NCBI GenBank assembly: GCA_023539445.1
Contig: JAKCEW010000001.1
Location: 32,050 to 52,049 of the forward strand
Source: Candidatus Terraquivivens yellowstonensis
GTDB taxonomy: Archaea; Thermoproteota; Nitrososphaeria_A; Caldarchaeales; Wolframiiraptoraceae
Reading direction: 5' to 3'
Length of the DNA: 20,000 bases
The notes under the pieces are model-generated. The model searched no databases, was not told the origin of the DNA, and saw only the letters and a program-made list of their open reading frames with translations. Made by a program: the position numbers and the translations under genes. The stretch's first letter is position 1. Each line of letters starts with the position of its first letter. Below are positions 1-7,882 of this stretch, one piece after another.

Positions 1-123
1 TTATGCCCGGATTTAAACTATAGGATTTTTTCTGAGGGAAAGATAAAATAGGCGCTGTGCCCAAATTGCGTAGTAAGCCTATAACTGGACTCGTGGCGCA
101 AAATTAAAGAACGGTGATAAAAA

Positions 124-1686
124 TTGGCAGAGGTAAAGTTCGAGAAGATATCACCTGCCGACTTCTTCTACCGCAATAGAGATATTGCTGGATTTACAAA
201 CCCCAGCCGTTCCCTTTACACATCCATCAGAGAACTCGTGGAGAACTCTCTTGATGCGTGTGAAATGGGCAGGATTTTACCTGAAATAATTGTCGAGTTA
301 CAAGAGGTGGGTGAAGGTAGCTCCGAAGACGTTAAAATCTTCAGGTTAAGAGTCAAAGATAATGGAATAGGTGTTGATGCGGAACACATACCACATGCCT
401 TTGCGACCGTGTTTTATGGAAGTAAATACGGATACCGTCAATCGCGCGGAACTTTTGGGCTTGGCGGTACAATGGCACTACTATATGGCCAGATTACAAC
501 AAACAGACCAGTGACTGTTATATCCTGTACAAATGGTGACATACATGAGTTCGTTTTAAGGATCGATATCGTTAAGAATGAGCCCATAGTGCTCGATCAC
601 AAAGTTCATACAAATAACGATAATTGGAGGGGTACATTAATAGATTATTATCTTGAGGCTGATTACACTAATAGCAAGGCAAAGATAGTCGAGTACTTCA
701 GAAACACTGCCATTGCAAACCCGAATGCTTCGTTGACATTTATCGACCCCAAAGGCAGGCTATACTACTTCCCAAGGGTTGCCGAAAAAATACCAGAACC
801 TCCAAAAGAGGCATTACCGCATCCAGTAGGAGTTGATGTGGAAACTATGAAGAGGCTGATATCCGTAACAAAGTCTGAAACCCTTTTATCCTTCCTGACA
901 ACCAGCTTCCAACGCGTCGGTCCTAAAACCGCGAGAGAAGTTCTAGAGTTGGCTGGGCTTCCGCATACATTAAACCCAAAAGAACTAAATCATGATCAGC
1001 TTACTGCGCTTGTAGAGGCTATTAAAAGGTATAAAAAATTTAGAGCACCAGACCCGACACCTCTGAGTCCAATAGGCAAGGATTTGCTTGAAGCAGGCAT
1101 TAAGGCAATACTGATGCCAGAGTTTCTTTACGTGGTCCAAAGACCACCACAATCTTACTCCGGCTTTCCGTTTATAGTTGAGGCTGCGATAGCCTATGGT
1201 GGTAAGATACCGCCAAGCGAGAACATACAAATATACAGGTTTGCAAATAAGATACCGCTCCTTTACGATGAGAGGGCCGATGTTGTTTGGAAGGTGGTAT
1301 CTGAAAAAATTGATTGGAATAACTATAACGTTCCGAAAGTTGCGCCGCTTGCTGTTGTCACGCATATATGCTCTCTGAAAGTACCTTACAAGACAGTAGG
1401 CAAGGAAGCAGTAGCTGACAGACCGGAAATCGAACGCGAACTTACCATCGCAATAAGGGAATGTGCTAGAGAGCTCAAACATTATCTGATAAAAGTTGAA
1501 AAACGCACCATTGCGATAAAAAGATTGAGCATATACGCCAAATACCTTCCGAAGATAGCAAAATTTTCAGCAGAAATTATAGACAGAAAAGAGCCCCCTG
1601 ATGTCACGAAACTTCTGAAAAAGATGGGCGTAACTCCTGATATTATGGAGAAAGTAAGATTAGAGGAACAGGAGAGCGTTACGTAG
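124..1686 (+). CDS. top6B: DNA topoisomerase VI subunit B (GHKL ATPase)
   Basis: 520 aa ORF with TTG start and GGTGA Shine-Dalgarno-like sequence just upstream. GHKL motifs RELVENSLDACE, VKDNGIG and GTFGLGGTMALLYGQITTNRP, plus transducer region with QRVGPKTA. Confidence 0.95.
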   Translation: MAEVKFEKISPADFFYRNRDIAGFTNPSRSLYTSIRELVENSLDACEMGRILPEIIVELQEVGEGSSEDVKIFRLRVKDNGIGVDAEHIPHAFATVFYGSKYGYRQSRGTFGLGGTMALLYGQITTNRPVTVISCTNGDIHEFVLRIDIVKNEPIVLDHKVHTNNDNWRGTLIDYYLEADYTNSKAKIVEYFRNTAIANPNASLTFIDPKGRLYYFPRVAEKIPEPPKEALPHPVGVDVETMKRLISVTKSETLLSFLTTSFQRVGPKTAREVLELAGLPHTLNPKELNHDQLTALVEAIKRYKKFRAPDPTPLSPIGKDLLEAGIKAILMPEFLYVVQRPPQSYSGFPFIVEAAIAYGGKIPPSENIQIYRFANKIPLLYDERADVVWKVVSEKIDWNNYNVPKVAPLAVVTHICSLKVPYKTVGKEAVADRPEIERELTIAIRECARELKHYLIKVEKRTIAIKRLSIYAKYLPKIAKFSAEIIDRKEPPDVTKLLKKMGVTPDIMEKVRLEEQESVT

Positions 1687-1691
1687 AGGTT

Positions 1692-2381
1692 TTAAGATTT
1701 TATCCATTCGATGACCTCTTCTGGAGGTCTAACTTTAATGCCCTTTTTCTCGAAAAATTTTGTGATGTTCCTTACGTCTCTTTCTAAAAACACTTCGGCC
1801 AGAGGATGCGAGGTGTAGACCGCCTGAGATAAGTCTATGAAATAGATCGATAAAGTATCCGTAACGAATACATTGTATTGGCTCATATCTGCATGTATCA
1901 AGTCCGCTTTCTGATAAAGCCGCTTTATATTCTCAAGGATCAATGGATAGATCTTCTCATAATCGCTAGGCTCTAATTCAGCTTCTTCCAACGTTGGATA
2001 TCTCGTCCCATCCTTTCCTAGGAATTGCATACCCAGAACGTTATTTTCCACAAAGTATGGTTTCGGTACTGGGACCCCAGCCTCGTATGCTTTTTTCAAG
2101 TTTCCAAATTCGCGCTTTGCCCAGAGGTAGATGAAGTCCCTGAAGTCACTCGGAATTCTTTTAAACCTTGGATCATGCACTACATAAGTCATCCTAGTTT
2201 TCTTAAACTCCGCACTGGTTATCAAGTATATCTTTACAGCCATGAAACCTTCCGGACCTTTTGCGAGATAGATTCTCGATTCCTTTCCAGCACTAATTAC
2301 ACCATAAAACTCTAATAACGCGCCGGCATTCATCAAATCATAAATCGTCATGAGTGTAAGCCTATCAAAAACCTCCTCCAA
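1692..2381 (-). CDS. rio1: RIO1-type serine/threonine protein kinase; true N-terminus probably extends upstream to about 2480
   Basis: LEEVFDRLTLMTIYDLMNAGALLEFYGVISAGKESRIY, LIHADMSQYNVFV and IYFIDLSQAV are RIO1 kinase motifs. The frame stays open upstream with RIO1-like sequence. Confidence 0.93.
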   Translation of the reverse strand: MEEVFDRLTLMTIYDLMNAGALLEFYGVISAGKESRIYLAKGPEGFMAVKIYLITSAEFKKTRMTYVVHDPRFKRIPSDFRDFIYLWAKREFGNLKKAYEAGVPVPKPYFVENNVLGMQFLGKDGTRYPTLEEAELEPSDYEKIYPLILENIKRLYQKADLIHADMSQYNVFVTDTLSIYFIDLSQAVYTSHPLAEVFLERDVRNITKFFEKKGIKVRPPEEVIEWIKS

Positions 2382-2504
2382 AACCTCGTCAAGCTCTGAC
2401 CTTTTGTGTAAGTATCTTTGTTCCTTGTCTACCTTGAATTCCTTTCTCCTAAGCTTTTTCTCAATTTTATCAGAGCTCAGAAAAACTTCACCACATGTAA
2501 ATCC

Positions 2505-2837
2505 TTAACCGGCCTCTAACTTGGCTTTGAGAAAATCCGGCAAGGTGCCTTGCTTGGCCAATTCTATCGCTTGATTCTTCGTAAACCTCCAAAAAATATC
2601 CCCCCTATCCTGTTGAAATTCCCAAGGACTGACCAGTACTAAATCTCCTTCCTTAATCCAGATTCTTCTTTTTAACTGTCCCTTTATCCTACATAATCTT
2701 TGCTTTCCATCAGAGCATTCTACTAGAGCCCTATCGTACCCATACATCTTCACAACAACACCATAAACATCTCCAGGCCCCGGTGTAACCGTTTCTCCTA
2801 AGACGTCAGACTCGGACACTATCTTCCTTTTTCCCAT
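2505..2837 (-). CDS. eif1A: Translation initiation factor aIF-1A
   Basis: 110 aa with S1-like OB fold: GDVYGVVVKMYGYDRALVECSDGKQRLCRIKGQLKRRIWIKEGDLVLVSPWEFQQDRGDIFWRF. Confidence 0.95.
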   Translation of the reverse strand: MGKRKIVSESDVLGETVTPGPGDVYGVVVKMYGYDRALVECSDGKQRLCRIKGQLKRRIWIKEGDLVLVSPWEFQQDRGDIFWRFTKNQAIELAKQGTLPDFLKAKLEAG

Positions 2838-2942
2838 ATTATCATTTTTCTAGGTTAAGGGTCTAATAAACGTTAGCTGACACTTCTTAGGCAAACTCTA
2901 TTAGGAGCGCGTATCCTTCCTAATGAAGGGCGTACGACAGGC

Positions 2943-3680
2943 TTGGAAGTAAATATATTGAAGAGGGGCGTTACTGTAAAATCGCTAGTCGCGGCACTTC
3001 CTGGAATGGGCAACGTAGGAGGCATCGCTGCAGCGTACCTCATAGAGGAGTTGAAGATGGAGCCAATAGCGGAGATACTAGACTATATGCCACCATATGT
3101 CATTCATAAAAACTCTCTCATACAATTTGAAAGGTTTTCTTTCAAATTGTATTGGGGCGGAAAGGATTTTGCTGTCTTTACCGGATTTTATCAACCTCAA
3201 GATCCACATATGTTGTATGAATTGTGCGATGATTTGTTAGATTTGGCGGTCAACTTAGGTGTTAGAAGAATATACACGTTGGGAGCGGCGCATACTGGCG
3301 TATCAGTGTCAGAGCCAAGGGTTTTTTACGCAGTAACAGATGCTAGACTTAACAAGGAGATAGAATCCTATGGAGCCCAGCAAATGAGGGGTGAGGGGTA
3401 CATAACAGGCTTTAACGGTCTATTGCTGGGCTTGGCAGCACAACGCAACATTGAAGGCGTATGCTTTCTCGGAGAGATAGAAAGACCAGACGTGGCGCAA
3501 CCTAAGGCTTCGATAGAAGTGCTGAAAAGGCTCTCCGCCGCTTTAGGCATCGAGTATCTAGACTATACAAAGCTCGAGGAACAAGCAAGGAAGGTTGAGT
3601 TCTACATTAGCTCGCTTAAGCGAGCTGAAGAGTTCAAGCAGCAAAAAACCAGAACGGACATACCACCAGGTGTTATGTGA
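2943..3680 (+). CDS. PAC2-family protein (proteasome assembly chaperone-like, COG2047-type)
   Basis: ALPGMGNVGGIAAAYLIEEL near the N-terminus, GVRRIYTLGAAHTG, and the GEGYITGFNGLLLGLA region typical of archaeal PAC2 proteins. TTG start. Confidence 0.85.
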   Translation: MEVNILKRGVTVKSLVAALPGMGNVGGIAAAYLIEELKMEPIAEILDYMPPYVIHKNSLIQFERFSFKLYWGGKDFAVFTGFYQPQDPHMLYELCDDLLDLAVNLGVRRIYTLGAAHTGVSVSEPRVFYAVTDARLNKEIESYGAQQMRGEGYITGFNGLLLGLAAQRNIEGVCFLGEIERPDVAQPKASIEVLKRLSAALGIEYLDYTKLEEQARKVEFYISSLKRAEEFKQQKTRTDIPPGVM

Positions 3681-3762
3681 AGTGTTTTTGTGAATGTTAA
3701 AGAAAGCTGTGAGACCATCGCTATCTTATTGATCTTGACCGAGTATTAAAGATGTGCAACAG

Positions 3763-3770
3763 TTTATATA
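3763..3770 (+). promoter_or_regulatory. Candidate archaeal TATA box for the downstream aminotransferase
   Basis: TTTATATA about 33-40 nt upstream of the GTG start at 3803. Confidence 0.45.
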
Positions 3771-3802
3771 ATATGAGGAGAAAACAATATACGTGAACGG
3801 AT

Positions 3803-4693
3803 GTGAGTGAGCCATTAGTTTATATCGATGGAAAGTTTTACCCGAAGTCTGAGGCAAAAATTTCCGTTTTTGATCACGGTTTACTTTATGGTGATGGAGT
3901 CTTCGAGGGTATAAGAGTTTACGACGGAGTAATATTTCTGCTGAAGGAGCATATAGATAGGCTATACAACTCAGCAAAGTTCATCAAACTTAACATACCC
4001 ATTTCTAAGGAAGAAATGATAGCCGCTGTCGTCGAGACTGTCAAAAGAAATCGTGCCAAAAATTCCTACATTAGACTCGTTGTAACAAGGGGTATGGGCG
4101 ACTTGGGTCTAGACCCCAGAAAGTGCTCTAAACCAAGCATAATAATCATAGTTGAGCAGATACAGTTGGTGGGCGGGGCGGCTAAAGAGAAAGGTGTATC
4201 CGCAATCATAGCATCAACGAGAAGAGATTCCGTCTCAGCGACTACGCATGAAGTCAAGTCGCTAAACTACCTCAACAGCATACTCGCAAAGCTAGAAGCC
4301 ATTGAGGCTGGTGCCGACATGGCCATAATGCTCGATAGTAGAGGATTCGTTTCAGAGGCGGAGGCGGCAAACCTCTTCATTGTTAGAGACGGCATTATAG
4401 CCACACCACCGACAACTGCAGGCATCTTGGACGGTGTGACAAGAAGGAGGATTATAAGACTAATACGTGAGCTTGGAATGGAGATTGTAGAAAGAGACAT
4501 AACGCCGTTTGAGCTAATTACCGCAACAGAAGTTTTCCTGACGGGGACGGGGGCCGAGATACTTCCGGTTGTTAAAATAAACGGCATACAAATTGGAGAC
4601 GGTGTACCTGGACCGATAACTAAAAAGATAATGCAAGAGTTTGAGAAAATCGTAAGGAGCGGGAAAGAAGGCGTAAAGGTTCAGTTTGAGTAA
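3803..4693 (+). CDS. ilvE: Branched-chain-amino-acid aminotransferase (PLP fold-type IV)
   Basis: YIDGKFYPKSEAKISVFDHGLLYGDGVFEGIRVYDG, catalytic Lys in THEVKSLNYLNSILAKLEA, and ELITATEVFLTGTGAEILPV. Confidence 0.93.
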   Translation: MSEPLVYIDGKFYPKSEAKISVFDHGLLYGDGVFEGIRVYDGVIFLLKEHIDRLYNSAKFIKLNIPISKEEMIAAVVETVKRNRAKNSYIRLVVTRGMGDLGLDPRKCSKPSIIIIVEQIQLVGGAAKEKGVSAIIASTRRDSVSATTHEVKSLNYLNSILAKLEAIEAGADMAIMLDSRGFVSEAEAANLFIVRDGIIATPPTTAGILDGVTRRRIIRLIRELGMEIVERDITPFELITATEVFLTGTGAEILPVVKINGIQIGDGVPGPITKKIMQEFEKIVRSGKEGVKVQFE

Positions 4694-4746
4694 TACTCTT
4701 ATTTTTTGTGAAACACTTTTAATCAACGACTAACATAGCAATATTG

Positions 4747-5877
4747 ATGAAATACTCTGCAGAATTTGAGGATGTTGTAAGAGCCGCGGAAGAGTTTGTA
4801 AATACTAGAACATTAGAGCCTGTAAAAAGCCAAATTCAGCATGCTAGGCTTTACGTGAGCGCTTTTAGGAGCTTAGATGTGTATAGACCCGTAATGGGTT
4901 TAATCCAGAATATTATGGGAACTGGTGAGCTGAAGGGTTGCGAGCAAGATATTAAAGTAATTCTTAGGGGACTTACCTTGCTGTATTCTGCAAGATACCA
5001 TCAAGTGTATCAAGACCATAGAATTTTTCCGTTACTTCATCAATATGTTCAAGCCCTAAAACTCGTTGAGGATGGGCTAGCCTCTGCAAAGGATTATTGT
5101 ACGGTCTTAAAAAACATCCATGAAAATTTTGTAAGCGCAGTCGAGCAAATCACGCTAGGGAATGGCGTATATGTAGTTAATTGGAAGAACGTCCCAGAAT
5201 CTCATTTCACACTTTACCAAAAAGTCGGATTGAAGATTGCCAGGTTGATTGCTAGCGAGCTCATAGGCCTTTACGTCGTTAAGGTTAGGGGTGAGGCGCC
5301 GCTACATTATCATCATTTCCTCGATGAACATCATTTTTTGCCAGAATATATTGAAGGGTTACATTATCTTGACGGTAAAGTATGCAAGACCACACAAACC
5401 GATATTCTCTACATAAAGAGAGGCCAAGTACACGGTTTTAAGAATAAAGGGGCAAACGAAGCGTCATTCGTGTTCATATGTGGTTCTAAGGAAACCGGCC
5501 CATGGGATTTTGTCCAAGATATAGAACTAGTTGATAAAGAATTTCCCGATGTTGGTTCTGATAATATTAATGATATCGGGGGGAGAGACCTATATAATGT
5601 CTTAGAAAAAGTTAGGAACTTTGAGCAAACTTTCCACGAAAGGCTCTCACCGAGCTACATGCGTCTATTCCAAGACGTGGTTAAGGTTTGCGTGGAATAC
5701 GTGCCGCCCACTCAAGACAAAGAGTTGATATGCTTTGTTGTGGAGGGTCACGGCATGGTTGAGATTGGTGGCAAGAACCATGACATAGGACCAGGAGATG
5801 CCTTCTTGCTTCTTTCCCACACTAAAGCAAAAATCTCAAGCCCATCCATGATACTCTATCAGTTTGGATATGAATGA
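4747..5877 (+). CDS. Uncharacterised protein with a helical N-terminal domain and two cupin-like domains
   Basis: First cupin contains GEAPLHYHHFLDEHHF...DILYIKRGQVHGFKNKG. Second cupin contains VVEGHGMVEIGGKNHDIGPGDAFLLLSHT. ATG at 4747 directly follows the TTG used in the track. Confidence 0.7.
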   Translation: MKYSAEFEDVVRAAEEFVNTRTLEPVKSQIQHARLYVSAFRSLDVYRPVMGLIQNIMGTGELKGCEQDIKVILRGLTLLYSARYHQVYQDHRIFPLLHQYVQALKLVEDGLASAKDYCTVLKNIHENFVSAVEQITLGNGVYVVNWKNVPESHFTLYQKVGLKIARLIASELIGLYVVKVRGEAPLHYHHFLDEHHFLPEYIEGLHYLDGKVCKTTQTDILYIKRGQVHGFKNKGANEASFVFICGSKETGPWDFVQDIELVDKEFPDVGSDNINDIGGRDLYNVLEKVRNFEQTFHERLSPSYMRLFQDVVKVCVEYVPPTQDKELICFVVEGHGMVEIGGKNHDIGPGDAFLLLSHTKAKISSPSMILYQFGYE

Positions 5878-5938
5878 AAGTGCTTTTTATTCACCCAAAG
5901 GATAACTTTTAAATATGGTCAATTTTTATTGTTAACAT

Positions 5939-6247
5939 ATGGGTACATCTGAAGATGCATTGGAAGAGTTCAAGCGGGCTTGGATAGATTTCGAGTTGGA
6001 AGAGGCCAACCGGGGTTTCTTGTCACACTTGGTTGCATATGTAATAATCAACGTTTTTCTAGCATTCATAAACCTTTACATATCTCCTCAAATAGTGTGG
6101 TTCATATGGCCCTTGTTCGGCTGGGGCATAGGGCTTGCATTTCATTTTGTCTTCTCACGAAAAAAGTTTGTTGTAGCCGGGTGTGAAAAGAAGATCGCTA
6201 GCATAGAGATGAAAATGCGGGCTAAAAAAGCCTCCGAGAAGCGATGA
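5939..6247 (+). CDS. Small 2TM-domain membrane protein
   Basis: FLSHLVAYVIINVFLAFINLYISPQIVWFIWPLFGWGIGLAFHFVF matches the 2TM-domain pattern: two TM helices with a conserved WPLxGWGIGLxFH. Confidence 0.75.
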   Translation: MGTSEDALEEFKRAWIDFELEEANRGFLSHLVAYVIINVFLAFINLYISPQIVWFIWPLFGWGIGLAFHFVFSRKKFVVAGCEKKIASIEMKMRAKKASEKR

Positions 6248-6288
6248 AACGGCCAAATGTACGTTTATTAAGTAGCTAATGGAAAAAT

Positions 6289-7281
6289 TTGATAACAGGG
6301 GGCAGATGGTCTTTTGTGTCAATTAACCGATCCGGTTCATGGTTCCAAACTAATTCTGACGTAAAAAATCTCAGAGTTTATGATAAAATTCTAAAACTCA
6401 TCGGTAATACGCCCCTTTGTAAGCTTGAAAAAGTGCCCGCGAAACATTGCATAAAGGACAGCGTTAAGATTTACGCTAAACTTGAGTTTTTTAATCCAGG
6501 GGGCTCCATCAAGGATAGGGCTGCCCTTAGCATCATCTTGAGCGCCATAAAGAGTGGAGCGCTAACACCTGACAAAACAATACTTGATGCCACTTCCGGT
6601 AATATGGGAGTATCTTATTCGATGATTGCTGCGGTCCTCGGTTACAGATGCAAGATGCTGGTTCCGGCGAATACCAATGCTAAGAAGGTTGCTCTCATGA
6701 AAGCCTATGGAGCTGAAGTTTTGTATACGAATCCCGTGGATGGATTAGATGGAGCAATTAAAAAAGCCCGCGAGCTATATGAGCAAGATCCTAATGCATA
6801 CTTTTATGCGAACCAATACGACAACGAAGCAAACTGGATAGCACACTACATGACGACGGGGCCTGAGGTGATCAAACAAACTAAGGGAAGATTGACGCAT
6901 TTTATCGCCGGCGTCGGTACGTCTGGAACACTCATGGGAGCCGGTACGAAGTTAAAGGAGTTCAACCCAAATATAAAACTCGTAGAGGTCCAACCAGATT
7001 CACGTTTTCACAAGATCGAGGGGTTAAAACACATGGATACAAGCATTAGGCCGAAGATATACAATGAGAGCCTTAGCGATATGCGTATAAACGTATCCAC
7101 AAACGAGGCTTATGAGATGGTTAAAGAGCTTGCAAGGACTGAAGGGTTACTCGTCGGTATATCGTCCGGTGCCGTGCTTGCCGCTACCTTAAAAGTAGCT
7201 AGAGAGTTAAAGGAGGGGTTGTTGGTAGTTATCTTTCCGGATGGGGGAGAGAGGTACGTTGAAGAATGTTTCTGGGGATAG
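6289..7281 (+). CDS. Cysteine synthase-like PLP enzyme (CysK/CysM family)
   Basis: LIGNTPLCKLEKV, catalytic Lys in NPGGSIKDRAALSII, SGNMGVSYSM, GVGTSGTLMG, VGISSGAVLAA and IFPDGGERY. The true start may lie slightly downstream of the TTG. Confidence 0.93.
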   Translation: MITGGRWSFVSINRSGSWFQTNSDVKNLRVYDKILKLIGNTPLCKLEKVPAKHCIKDSVKIYAKLEFFNPGGSIKDRAALSIILSAIKSGALTPDKTILDATSGNMGVSYSMIAAVLGYRCKMLVPANTNAKKVALMKAYGAEVLYTNPVDGLDGAIKKARELYEQDPNAYFYANQYDNEANWIAHYMTTGPEVIKQTKGRLTHFIAGVGTSGTLMGAGTKLKEFNPNIKLVEVQPDSRFHKIEGLKHMDTSIRPKIYNESLSDMRINVSTNEAYEMVKELARTEGLLVGISSGAVLAATLKVARELKEGLLVVIFPDGGERYVEECFWG

Positions 7282-7311
7282 AAGTTCCAAACCTGACACA
7301 TATCTTAGCGC

Positions 7312-7794
7312 ATGTTCACACGACTTAGGCTTAAGATGGTTATATACTACTTTGGTCTCTTCGTTAAAGAATTGACGCTCATAATAAGCAAAACCAGTCT
7401 GGATGAAGTTATCAAACATGCTTTAGAGACCTATCCCGAAGAATGTTGTGGGCTTCTAGTAGGGAAAAAGGAAGGTGAGAAGAAGGTTGTTATTAAGGTT
7501 GTAAGGAGTAAAAACGTTTACGTGGGGGATAGAAGTAAGAGATACATGATTGATGCATTAGATATATATAATGCGGAAAAGGATGCAGAAAAACATGGGT
7601 TAATGCTTATCGGTGTGTACCACTCACATCCCAATTACCTTGCAAAACCGTCGGCCTACGATGCAGAAGCCGCTTGGTCCTCCATAAGCTATCTAATAGT
7701 TTCCATACGTGATAAGAGGTTTGATGAAGTAACCGCATGGGTTTTTGATAAGAAAAATGAAGAATTTCTTAAGGAAGACATAATAGTTGTTTGA
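7312..7794 (+). CDS. JAMM/MPN+ (Mov34/Rpn11-like) zinc metallopeptidase
   Basis: Complete JAMM motif: PEECCGLLVG (Glu) and HSHPNYLAKPSAYD (HxHx7Sx2D). Confidence 0.9.
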   Translation: MFTRLRLKMVIYYFGLFVKELTLIISKTSLDEVIKHALETYPEECCGLLVGKKEGEKKVVIKVVRSKNVYVGDRSKRYMIDALDIYNAEKDAEKHGLMLIGVYHSHPNYLAKPSAYDAEAAWSSISYLIVSIRDKRFDEVTAWVFDKKNEEFLKEDIIVV

Positions 7795-7882
7795 GTCTTT
7801 TCCATAACCCTTCTCTATTAGATTTTTCACCGTTGAAAACTATGGAAAACTTATTTTTATCTCCAAATCTTATAATAGCCTG

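Noticed and set aside
985-1482. 165-aa minus-strand ORF inside top6B
   Set aside because: Antisense to a clear top6B coding region, with cysteine/tyrosine/arginine-rich shadow translation.
3726-3977. 83-aa minus-strand ORF over the ilvE promoter and start
   Set aside because: Antisense to ilvE and its TATA region, with no domain signal.
6289-7281. Possibility that the cysteine synthase-like enzyme is also inactive, as suspected for the 15547-17016 protein
   Set aside because: It retains the catalytic Lys in NPGGSIKDRAA and an intact SGNMG substrate loop.
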